This document shows, piece after piece, positions 14,525 to 25,820 of a stretch of DNA of 64,000 nucleotides (within the stretch, counting starts at the first letter, position 1; each line of letters begins with the position of its first letter). The DNA is from Nymphaea colorata (taxonomy: Eukaryota): contig NC_045138.2 in the NCBI RefSeq assembly GCF_008831285.2, positions 18,786,001 to 18,850,000 on the forward strand. The letters run 5' to 3'. The notes under the pieces are model-generated. The model was not told where the DNA came from. It made no database searches and was given only the letters and a program-made list of their open reading frames with translations. Position numbers and translations under genes: made by a program.

Positions 14525-14543
14525 AAGAGAGAGAGAGAGAGAG
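14436..14543. repeat. Compound microsatellite (CT)n(AT)n(CT)n(AT)n(AG)n
   Basis: Read directly from the sequence. Confidence 0.9.
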
Positions 14544-14564
14544 TATGGGGAGACAGAGACTGGT

Positions 14565-14945
14565 CCCAATTCTCCTATGCCCAAGTACAGAAGGCAAAAG
14601 GTTCAGTGTGTTGGACACAAAAAACACCAAGAGACGTTCTCCCAATTCTTCTGTGCCCAACTATGGAAGGCCAAAAGTTCCTAGTGTTTTGAACATAGAA
14701 AACACCAAAAGACGTTCCCCCAATTCTCCTGTGCCCAACTATGGAAGGCAAAAGGTTCCAAGTGTCTTGGACACATGCCAAAAAAACATTCTCCCAGTCC
14801 TCCTGTGTCCAAGTGTGGAAGGCAAAAGGTTCCAAATACCTTGAACACAAAAACACCAAGAGATAGAGAGAAAGAATGGTCCCAATTATGTTTGTAAGTC
14901 TTGGCCACAAAAGGAAAAAGTCCAGTGTTTTGGACAAAAAACTGA
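14565..14945. repeat. Minisatellite, ~74-78 bp unit, 4 copies plus a degenerate fifth
   Basis: Units cccaattctcct(g/a)tgcccaa...gaaggcaaaaggttc..agtgt.ttggacaca start at 14565, 14641, 14719, 14793 and ~14881. Confidence 0.85.
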
Positions 14946-15539
14946 AAGAGAATAGGAGAGAGAATATGTGATCCCTTTTTTTGTTTTGTCCAAGTCTTGG
15001 ACACATGAGAAAAGGGGTCTCAGGTGTCTTTGACACAAAACAGAGAGAGGGAGGAAGGGAGAGGTGCGAATTCATTTTTGTCCAAGGTTTCTTAGGACCA
15101 TTTTCTTTTGTGTGCAACACGCCTTAGATATGATCTCGATCTTTCTCTCGCTTTCTCTCTCGCTCTCTCTGTTTTTTGTGTTCAAGATGCTTGCAGCCTT
15201 TTTTCTTTTGTGTGCAAGACTCTGTTTTTGGATTGGATATCACTACTACACAAACGTTACGTGTGGAATGTTTTATAAATTGTTGGTAAGCACAAAATTA
15301 TGGTTCTAATCGGCCATGTTTCTTAAAATTGGCATCTCTTGACGCGTAGGAAAAGATTAGTCTACTTATAAACTTTTTGAACAAATTAAAAGACTTGTTT
15401 GCGCTTCCAAACACACTCAAAAGTGGATTGTCTAGATGATGAATCATATGGACGACATTAGATTAACAGAACTTTGGATGAAAAGACGAAACTAAAATTG
15501 TACTAATTTTTCTTCATTGTCATTGCATATGCTCTCTCT

Positions 15540-15940
15540 CCTCCCCCACACCCTCTCCTCTGCCCTCCTCCTTCTCTTCGAAACAGCTAATTCTCTTTTT
15601 ACCTTCACCTTTAATCAGTAGTGGTTGGTAATTTACCTGGCAGTCATAGTTCTTTTGCTATTAGTGGCATGCGAATGTTTTTTCTCTATTAGATGCATCA
15701 TGAAGACGTCACTTACTTGCCACTCGTGGCCTTCCCTCCCCCACACCCTTTCCTCTACCCTCTCCCCGAGAGAGTTAATTCTCTTTTCACCTTTCACCTT
15801 TAGTCAGCAGTGGTTGGCAATTTACATGGCGGTCATAGCTCATTTACATTTGGTGGCAGGTTTAGGAGGAACACAATAATCGAATGTTTAGGAACACGGC
15901 AGTGAGTATTGCCTTAGATGCATCGTGAAGGCTGATGTCT
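15540..15940. repeat. Diverged ~200-bp tandem duplication
   Basis: ctcccccacaccct...aattctctttt...cagtggttgg.aatttac.tggc.gtcatag...ttagatgcatc.tgaag occurs at ~15541 and ~15736. Confidence 0.7.
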
Positions 15941-16949
15941 ACCTTGACCTTTGCATTAGCCACATGAGGACTTCTGTTTTGATTAGCTCTCTCTTACTTT
16001 TGTTCTTGCTTAGGTTTTTGTTTTTTTATGTTATTTGTTATTGTTCTTTTTGCCAAGTTTTCTTTTATGCCTCTTTTATCTTCTTATTTTGCCTGTGTAC
16101 AATGATGACACTTTGTCATCACATTTTGCTTTTATTGAATTCGCATTTTGTCCGCACTCTCCTCCCCACTCTCTCTACACTGCTCTAGGAAGAGAGTTTT
16201 TACCTTGCTTGTGCGCAGATGCCTTCACGTTTATTCCCCTTATGATTTGCACCATTAGTGGTCTCAGTCCTGTTAGAAAGTGCCAATATAAGTAGATTAT
16301 AGCTAATATTTTGCGTATTCATAAGTTGGAACAAATACTATTTTATATATAGATATTGCTCGGACGTACAAATCCAATTAGTAAAAATTATGTCACTAAA
16401 CAATCTTGTATAAAGATCAATGTCATGATCTCCCAGTTTAAAGACCAAAAAACTAAACTAATATAAAACAAATGATTCGAAAAATTAAATAATATTTAGA
16501 ATATTATTTTACAAAAATGATTTCGGAATGGTCCCGTCCATATTGTCAATTTTATAGAAAAATGAAAGAACATGAAACTTGAGACCTATGCAAAGTAAAT
16601 TTAACTTTCACAAAATGGGTGTCCCGCCAGGTCGACATGGCTGCAAAATCTGTTCCTTTGTAAAGCGATTCTGGAAGGACTACTTTGTAAAGGCTGCACA
16701 GAGTGTCAATAATATATATATATATAACGAAATGGTATGAAACTGGGACTACCTTGCAATGTGGTCCATAATTAAAGCAGTGATTCTTGCAGAAGCCTAG
16801 AATGCATGTTATTTCGCACATATACAAATATCTCTGGCCATTCTCTTCCTCTGTGAGCGGAGCGAAGCCACTAGCAGTGGCATTTCTTGGTCTCGTGTAA
16901 GTCTTCCCTCATTTGTTCCCTAGTCCTCTGTCCCTCCATATCTGAGATA

Positions 16950-18663
16950 ATGAGGCGACAGGAAGAAGAGACAACAATCAATATCAAAGAAGATGCCGCA
17001 CCGACCAGCTGTTGGGCGGCAGATATCACAAAAGACTACAAAGAATATGCTGCTTCAGGGTCTCTTGCTGTTGCTGGTGGTGGCAGATCTCTTAAGTGCA
17101 TCTTCAAATGGCCGCATGATCTTGAGAAACTTTTGGGGGAGGACATCTACCGTGAACCTCAAATGGTAGCCATTGGGCCTTACCACCACGGCCGACCGCA
17201 CCTGCAACCTATGGAGCGGCACAAGAAGAACGCGCTCTTCAGGATTCTCCGGTTGTCTGGCGGACTTCCGGTGTCCATCTTTGTGGAACCCCTGAAACAA
17301 GTGGAGCAGAAGCTCCGTGATCACTACGACGAGCTGGACCCAAGCTGGTCGTCCGATTCTTTCATACAGATGATGCTTCTCGACGGTTGTTTCTTGCTCG
17401 ACTTCCTTCTTGCCTTGGACAAAAAAGTGGACGCACCCTTGGCCGAGTCCATCCGCCTGCAGCTGCTTAACACCTATGGCTACGCCGTATTCATTCGAGA
17501 CATACAGCTGTTAGAGAATCAAATTCCTGGCCTCGTCTTGGACGAGTTGATTAATGTAGGAGACTGGACAGGATTCCGTAAGCCAGAGAGTGGAAGTAAA
17601 CTATCCTTCAGGGCTCTACATTTTCTAGACTTGCAGAGGAAAAGCTTGCTGGGGAATCCCCCTGCTCCTGTCAAGGAACAGCATCGTTGTGGCCTCCTCA
17701 ATCTTTTAGGTACTCAAATGGCTTGATGTGCACTTTTCTAGCTATTCAAATCTTGTGCATTAATACTCTTTAACGATATTTGTAGCATAATATCCCTGTA
17801 CGTGGAAAATCCTCTTCTTTTTCTGAACAGAAAAAGATTCCATGTTTTGCTCATGAAAAAATTTAAATTCTAAAGGCCGGGGCATGCGTTTCTTGTTGAT
17901 TACACTTATAATTAGTTGCAATTTTTTGATAAATTGATATTTAATTTGGAAAAAAAATGTGTTCCTGTCCACCTAATTATCTGGACTGAGACCAGGCCCT
18001 CGGAGGAGAACTCAACCAAAGACTTTTCCATCTTCCAGCCAACAGGCTGATAAGCAAAGCACTAGTAACATGGATTTTGCGGTTGAGCTTCTCCCAAAGA
18101 GAGAGAAGTACGTGCGGTCTGCCACGAAGCTACGTGCCGCCGGAGTCAGCTTCCAGAAGTGCCCGAAAGATGCCGGCCTGTTGAGCGTGAGTTTTGATCG
18201 ATCATGGCTAAGGGGAGTTCTCCATCTCCCTGAGCTCGTCCTGGACGAGACGACGGAGGGAGTGTTCATGAATATGGTGGCCTTCGAACGCATGCACCCG
18301 GAGTCCGGGACCCAAGTCACCTCCTTTCTTTCTTTTATGGATGCTCTCATCGATACCGCCGACGACGTGAGCTTCCTCGGCAATGAAGGGATCGTGAAGA
18401 ACAACCTCGGCAGCGATGAGGCCGCCTCCAAGATCTTCAACAAGCTCGGCATCCATGGGATGTGTAACCCCTTTGATGAGGCCCAGCAGAAGGTGCAGAA
18501 ATATGCATCCCCTTATATGCAAGAATGGTGGGCGCACTTTAAGCGGACCCACTTCACCAGCCCGTGGACCGTTCTGTCTTTTATTGGCGCCCTGTTCTTC
18601 ATATTAATCACAATTGTCCAGACGGCATACACCGTCCTCCCCTACTACAAACGTCGTGGATAA
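16950..18663 (+). CDS. DUF247 / UPF0481 family protein (copy A), 2 exons, ~475 aa
   Basis: Exon 1 16950-17709 (phase-1 donor G|gtact) and exon 2 17996-18663 (accag|GC) total 1428 nt in frame. Motifs PQMVAIGPYHHG, MMLLDGCFLL, DIQLLENQIP, SATKLRAAGV, NMVAFE, FMDALIDTADDVSFL, NNLGSDE and a C-terminal TM segment (FTSPWTVLSFIGALFFILITIVQT). Confidence 0.9.
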
Positions 18664-19129
18664 GCTGGCTGACAAGTATAGATTTTCGATCAGGCCATCC
18701 CGCCGACGGCGACTGTGGACATAAGTTGTTGTTGGGGTCGTTTAATCTGTAGGGTGAGTGCTCATGTGCTAGGTTTTTGGTTTGTGCATGATCTGAATCG
18801 GATTCACTAAAAATAAAAAGTATGCCGTGTTGATGGTGCTGCTGTGATCATATTGAAGTCTCCCTATAATGTTTTCTACAGCTAGAGTCTTAAGTTTGTA
18901 TCTTGTATGAATTTGATGCAAGAATAAATAAATAAAGCATATGATTTTATGAAGTGATGGTAATAATGTTTCCTTTCTTTCATATGATTGCGTAACAAAA
19001 GTTATGTGTTGCGTGTTATATTAAATTGACGTTGTAAGTTGACGAGCTCCAGAGACTAAAATGCCTCCACTGAAGTTTTAAAAAAATGGTAGGACTAAAA
19101 GGGTATTATAGAAATATTAAAAGTCTGAA

Positions 19130-19169
<40 letters not shown>

Positions 19170-21100
19170 TAAAATGACCCAACCTCTTTCTTTTTTGAGT
19201 GCATTTGTTGGTCCATAAAACGCAAGTCCATCCCTCACGACCTCACGACCCATATTAGTTAGATTTTCTTCAAGGACGCAAATCAGATGGCAGATTTCAG
19301 AAGTACTGAAAGCTTAGGGCACGACTATTTGTATTCATGTTTTATAGATCTTTTGCGACCATTGGTGATTGAAGAAATTTTTGGAATTTCTTCTCGTTTT
19401 TTTGTCTTTCTTAAGTAGTGTTTGCTAGTCTTGGATCTCAAATCTGAGGCTGCATTAAGCATGTGTATTGTAAAATCTTCAATTGAAACAAACTAATGAT
19501 CTTAGTAGCATGGATCTTGAATTCACGTTTTCATGCAAAAAACTGTGAATTTAAGGTCGGATTCGGAGGAGAGAGGTATTCCACCTTAATATGAGACCAA
19601 ATGTGAACGAAACACACACGTAGTTTGATATATGGGAGTAGGAGTAACAAATGGAGTTCCTTTTTGTTGCATACTAACTTGTGACAATGAAGATGGTTGG
19701 TAAAATATTGTAGCAGGCAGTATTGTTAATGAAAGTGCCCGGCCTTTTCCTCGTCTCATGATGCACTGATGACCATGCACCTAAAACAAGATCAACACAA
19801 ACATGCAAGAGCAAAGGCTAAAGACTTACCAAAATGTAGAGACGTTCCTATTGAGTTGCAGAAAACCCTTAAGATGTATGCACCTGTAAAATAAATAAAA
19901 CTCTATTGCCTCAAAGTTTGGTACAGAAGGAAGCATTAGGGTCGGGTCTGAATCATGACTGGTGACAAAAACTTCAAATCAGATTCAGACGGTATTCCAA
20001 CCATTGTAGAGGCCTAATTAGAGGCAGGGGCAGAGCCAGGGGGGCTCAGTAACTTCTTCACATTGTTATTCCGTCATTCAACTTGTTCTCATTTTTTGTG
20101 ATACACATGGGTTGTAACGAATTTTGCAGTCTATCCCCTGCTGATCATTTCTTCTTCTAATTTGTTGAGTGTCTTGGCTTGATGAGACGTCTCCGCTGTT
20201 ATAAAGTTCGTCTTCCTCAACTTCAGAACTATCCTGATCACTTTCATTACGTTAATGGTGGGGATCCTGATCACATTCTTAGGCCAAAGAAAACTTTCCT
20301 CATCTCCAAAATGGTGGGAGAGTGGAATGGGTCAAGCGTCTGCAAAGCTGGTTACAAACGCCGTCTTTATGTGTATAATTTCATGCGTCATTTTATTAAT
20401 GACAATTGTGTATGGACAAAAAAAGAAACTAGAAAAAAATTTTGAGGATTCCATAAAGATAAAATTTGTGAGTCCATATATACATATTGTTATAACTAAC
20501 ATGCCCCTTTAAGAAGTAAGAAAGCATTTTCGTTCTTTTGCCTCACTCATAACGTTATGTCTTTATCTCTTTGTTATGTTTAGGTCTAATATCTCATACA
20601 TCCGTCCATTATCTTATTGTCTCATTCATCTTTTGTTATCTTATAATCATTATCTCATACTTATCTTTAGCCTTATAAATCAGTTCATCTGTTATGTTAT
20701 TATTTTATAATTTATTTGTTATCTCATAAACATAATCTCATACTTACAAAACTATTCATATGATAATGGGGTCCAAATTTGGCGTAGGCGTGTTACATAT
20801 ACGAAGCAGCGTACAGAACTCGCAGTAAGAGAACGAGCATAATGGGTATTAATCCTCTTTTGTATCGTCTTCCACTTTCTTTTTTTTTATAGGCTTTTCT
20901 GTTCCATACAAAAATTTGGCAACTCTCAACTAACCAAACCCAAAACAGAGGGAAAATTTGCACAAATAGTGGTGAATCTTGATCTCACCTCATGACGGGT
21001 AAAGACATGAGAAATTCTACTCAACAGTTTTAAAACGATTTACTGCAGTCAGTGATGCTGCCACATTTTGGTCCAAGAACATTACTCACTTCTATGTGAT

Positions 21101-23359
21101 TCAGTAGCGGGTGTAATAAGACAGGATGGAATACAGAGTCTGAGCAATTGTTAAAGCTAGCAGAAATATGGCAGCAGAGAGTGATAACAGGGACCATGGA
21201 TTGTTGAAGTAGGTATGCCTCAGATGTGCACGCCATACATTCCAAGCAGAGGAAGCGTAGACCTTCAACTGTCTTTTGATCTGACATGTGTGATCATTTG
21301 AATCGTCTACAAGAACAATGTTATCTCCCACCCTGTTGAAGAGATTGGCAGCTGCATCGTCGCTCCCAAGATCATTCCTCACGATTCCGTTGGAGCTAAG
21401 GAGGCTCACGTCCTCTGCAGTGTCTATAAGATCATCCATGAAAGCCACATATGAGGTCACTTGGCAGCCTGCTTCTGGGTGCATGCGCTCGAAGGCCATC
21501 AGGTTCATGTAGACAGGTGCTGTGTGATTATCTATCTTAATGAATGGAAGGGTGAGCACGCCATATCTACTGAACTTTATGTTCAACCCGCTTTGCCGTT
21601 TGCTCCTTCTGAATTTTACTCCTGCTTCATGAAGACTCTTTGCAGATCGAGCGCATCCACCTTGTTGACATTGGTCCAGTTAGGAGAAAATAACGTCAGA
21701 AAGATTCATATAAGTGAATGTGTGCGTGTGTTTGTAGATGACTGTGGATTCTTAGCTTTTTTTTTTTCGTTTTTCTTCTAAATGACCATGAACAAGGGCT
21801 GGAGGATGTAGGGATGCAAATGGATTGGATTCAAACTATCTAATTTCCTAAGAAACTAGATTTGATTGAATCCCCTATTGTTGACAAACCAAAATCACAA
21901 AACCATAAATTGGCCACTTGCATCCTCAGGAAGAAGAGAAAAGTAAAAGTGCTTAACTGTGAAGACCACTTGAAGGAATTTGCTTTGAATATACATGTAA
22001 TTAAAATTCCTCTGCTCTACTCAATTAGAAAAGCTGCAGACATTAATAATAGCCATCCCTAGCTAGGTATCAGCCTGTGGCAGGCAAACTAAGAACATAC
22101 TAAAATGTGTTTACTCGCAAATTATATGAAGCAGACATTTCTACTATAAAGCTAATAAACATTTGGGGGAGAAACAGAGGAAACGGCAGGTGCCTTAGGA
22201 CCCTCCTTGGATTGTGATTCTTGCGCAGCGAAATAATGATTTCAGGCTCATTACTGAAAAATAGAAAAGAGGAATATAAAAACTAAGAGTAGGGCTTTGA
22301 TTTTCGGAAATTAAAAAAAGTGGGCATCTCCAGGAGGGTTGCTAGTAATCAACCTTGTAGAGTATAATTGTAAGGCCAAGATGAATCTACACACCCACAG
22401 ACAACAACCATTTCGACATTACGGAAAAGACTCATCAGAGAATTTCCAGAAGCATGAAAGAGGCATACAAAATCCTCTCTTCCATAGCATGTTCCTGTGG
22501 AACAATTCTTGTTATGGCTGGCTATGTACTCACCAATAAGGTCAATCCCCATTGGAAATGGCAAAGGAGCATGCTGATTAGAACTCTGCTCCGGGCGCCG
22601 GATTATGCACTTCCTGTAGACGTCTAGAACATGCAAACCAAGATCAGGCATCGAAAAAGAAGGGAAGTCAAAAAATTTGGTTATCAATCGATTGAGATCA
22701 ACACTGTTTCCAACTTCTCCTTCTTTCCCTGCATCAAGAAGCCTCTTTAGAACAAGAAGAGGGATTTGGTTTTCTAGCATCAGCATATCCCGGCGCAGCA
22801 AGGTGAACGCATGCTTCTTCCCGTGGCGGCTGAAGATGGGATCGAAACGGCTTAAGATGTAGCTGGGAGAACCAAAATCTTCTCGTCCAACGGATGCATA
22901 AGCAGGTTCAGCTCCACCATTTAGTGAAGGGCTCTGCAGGAGACGACCATCAAAGAGCAGGAGTTCAAGCATGAAGCAACCATCAAGGAGCATCATCTTC
23001 AAGAAAGCTTCAGACGACATATCTGGATCGATGTCGCAGTAGCTATCCCTGACTTGCTGTTCCACTTGCATCAAGGAATAAACGAAGCGAGACAGTGGGA
23101 CTTGGGTTCTCGCTTGGATCCTGTATAGAGCTCTTTCTTTGTGGAACTCCATGGGCTTCAAGTGTGGTTTCCCATGGTGGTAGGGGCCGAAAGAGGCCAT
23201 CCGTGGGGCGTAGGTGCTACTGGGCCCCGAGACATTAACAATGTCATAGGGCAATTTGTAAATCGTTGTCTTCGACATCTTCTTCAGGTATCTTGCATCG
23301 TCATATTCTCTGGATCTGCTTTCGAGCTTCGCCACCCAGGCGAGCCTGTCTTCCTCCAT
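21101..23359 (-). CDS. DUF247 / UPF0481 family protein (copy B), 2 exons, ~461 aa
   Basis: Exon 1 23359-22534 (G|gtgagt) and exon 2 21660-21101 (aacaag|GT) total 1386 nt in frame. Motifs SFGPYHHG, MMLLDGCFML, DMLMLENQIP, RSAKSLHEAGV, NLMAFE, FMDDLIDTAEDV and a C-terminal TM segment (YFNNPWSLLSL). Confidence 0.9.
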
Positions 23360-25390
23360 CGCCCTCTTCCTCTGCTTTCTTTGAGTTCTCTGAACTCATA
23401 CAATATAACAGAAATGGCCGTAAGACTTTCTTTGCTCCTCTTGAGTTCTCGGAAGTCAGACAGGCAACAGAGAGGGCCGGTGGCGGCAGGTATACTTCAG
23501 GAGCAGGCAAAAAGGGGGATGATGAATGACGTTCACGAAAATTTGACAGCGGAGATGGAAAAGAGAGAGAATCTGCTCCAGTCGAATGTAACCGTATAAA
23601 AATTGTGCAATTATGTCCAGAAAATGAATTTTCCCAAGTTCTTTGTTTCCCACAATTCATATATGACTTTTTCCCAGTGAACAAACACGAGGATGAGTTC
23701 GTTTATCAAATAAAATTTCGAGCCAACTGACTTCGGAAAGAAAAGGCTAAAAACATTCAACTTTGAATGTGTTTATGAAATAATGGCCTAAAGCTTGAGA
23801 AATTATACATGATTGGATAAGTTTGTAAACTAATTTACACATACTTCACAAATTAAAACGTTAAATCTTAAACAAAAGCCAATCTCTTAACCATTTTACT
23901 TCTAAGAAAGATGAGATCATGAACAAACTGATAGAGAAAGTGTATAAGTAGAAAAAGCTTGGCAGCGGCATGGTCACTCCTTTGTTCATTCCTGGAGTTC
24001 TTTTTTGGACCGTTTGATATAGGAAACATTATGTGAGTGTTTTGTGAATCAATGTTTGTGGATTCGTAAATCATTTGAACAACTGATTCATGAATCTAAC
24101 ATTTGATGTAGATTCATGAAATAACCACATAGGATTCCTCTTGACAAATGGTCCCTTGGGATACAAGCAGCCTCACGTCCTCGCCAGTGTCCAGCAGGGT
24201 GTCCATGGACATCGAGCGAAGACTGTGTTTTTCCACATGCATGACGGATCATGGGTTATAGTTAAAATGCAGACAAAAGTCTGCACTCAACAGTGAACTC
24301 TGAGGCATTTAAAGGAGGTTGGATTGCATTAGCAGCAACCTAACAACCTCTCTAGATGGATTATATTCTCTGAAGAATTTTTGTAATGATCTTATAAATA
24401 ATATTGCATAAGGATTTAGGTCCAAAATCTTATGAAATCACCTTGGTAGTAACAAAACTCAGCATCTTGAAGGTAACAAGTCGAACTCTTTAGCTAGTCA
24501 GCGAGTTTAAACCTGAAAAAACTGGAGCCAGTTGCATCAATACTTCGGCATTGAAAGAGTTTGGATCCGGATCATCCGTTTGAGCTGATCGGTCCCCCTC
24601 TGAACTGAAACGTTTCAATTGGATCAATAAATTTTGGACTCATACTATCAAGTCAGAAATGGGTCTGAAGCATTTATTTTGCCTTCCTTTCTTCTTCGGA
24701 AAACAGAGAGAGCGAGAAAGGGTTCTGAAGATTCTTCGTTGGCGATCTTGATGGCCGTCGATAATCTTCTCTTCATCAACTAATAGATTGATCATCGTAA
24801 ATCTTAGTGCCGAAGATAATCAATTTTTCTTGGTACTGTTTCGCCTTTTTTGTTGTCTCTTAAATTTCTGGTTTTAATCATTTTTCTATTTAGAGAGAGA
24901 GAGAAATAGAGAGAGAGGCAGCAGGTGGATACCGGCAGTCAAGGTTTTCACTAGAAAAGAGCACACATCGAAGCTATGAGTATGAAGGCTCTTCCTATTT
25001 AATTCATGGCCTCAGAGAATCACATTACCTAATTGAATTTGTGACATTTGGACTTGGTGCAATATGGTTTCTTATGGTACGTCGATGCTAAATTCGCCAT
25101 TGAAAAAGATATGACATATGCTTGGGACAAGTGCCTCGTGTACGTTTGTTAGTTGAAATGACTCATCTAGCATGACCCAGTATATTATATGACGCGATAG
25201 GTTGACAACTGTGGAGGACCATTGTTCGCCAACTGTAGAGAAAGATACTGTCCATGGTTTGGATTGTTAAAAATAAATATGAAAGCAACGTGCTAGCGTC
25301 ATGTGATTGATATGCAAACCAACGCTTTTTGAAAATTGACTCCAACATAACATTTACTTATATATAATTGATACATACACCCATGTTTTA

Positions 25391-25820
25391 GGCGAACCTA
25401 GTCCTGGGCACCCTCTCCGGCCACCACCAAATGGTAGGAACTCAAAATCCGGGCTCCCTTTAAAATCAAACGGCTTCTCAAGGAACCGTTCCGGCCGATA
25501 CGTTTCCGGGTCGTCCCAGGAATGTGGATCCCGTGCGATTGCATATGCATTGACCAGCACCCTTGTCTTGGCTGGGATGACGTAGCCATCGAGCTCACAT
25601 GGCTCGATGGACTCGCGAGGACCGCCAGGTGCAGCCGAAGCGTCTCCTTGATCACAGCCTGCATGTATGCTAGGTCCGACTCGGTTATGGTTCCTCCTTT
25701 CCTCGCTGCGCTGCGGATCTCATCCTGGGTCCTTCGCATCACCTCAGGATGCCTGATGAGCTCGGTCATGGTCCATTCTAGTGTTGCCGATGTCGTCTCG
25801 GTCCCAGCGACAAACACGTC
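25391..25820 (-). pseudogene. Cytochrome P450 (CYP71-clan-like) 3' exon fragment, frameshifted and truncated
   Basis: Acceptor ctgcag|GACGTG gives DVFVAGTETTS (I-helix) and KETLRLH (ExxR). A frameshifting deletion lies near 25620. The exon then reads PERF and [10 protein letters not shown] (heme Cys), and homology stops just after. No exon 1 found in the window. Confidence 0.85.

Noticed and set aside
14565..14945. Regularly spaced repeats resembling a CRISPR array
   Set aside because: Whole units are homologous with no unique spacers, the context is eukaryotic and there are no cas genes.
15241..15256. CACTACTACA as a CACTA transposon terminus
   Set aside because: No convincing matching inverted terminus with a 3-bp TSD found in the window.
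16887..16949. Signal-peptide-like N-terminal extensions on DUF247 A, C and E in the ORF track
   Set aside because: They start at TTG codons; the first ATGs are 16950, 35725 and 53215.
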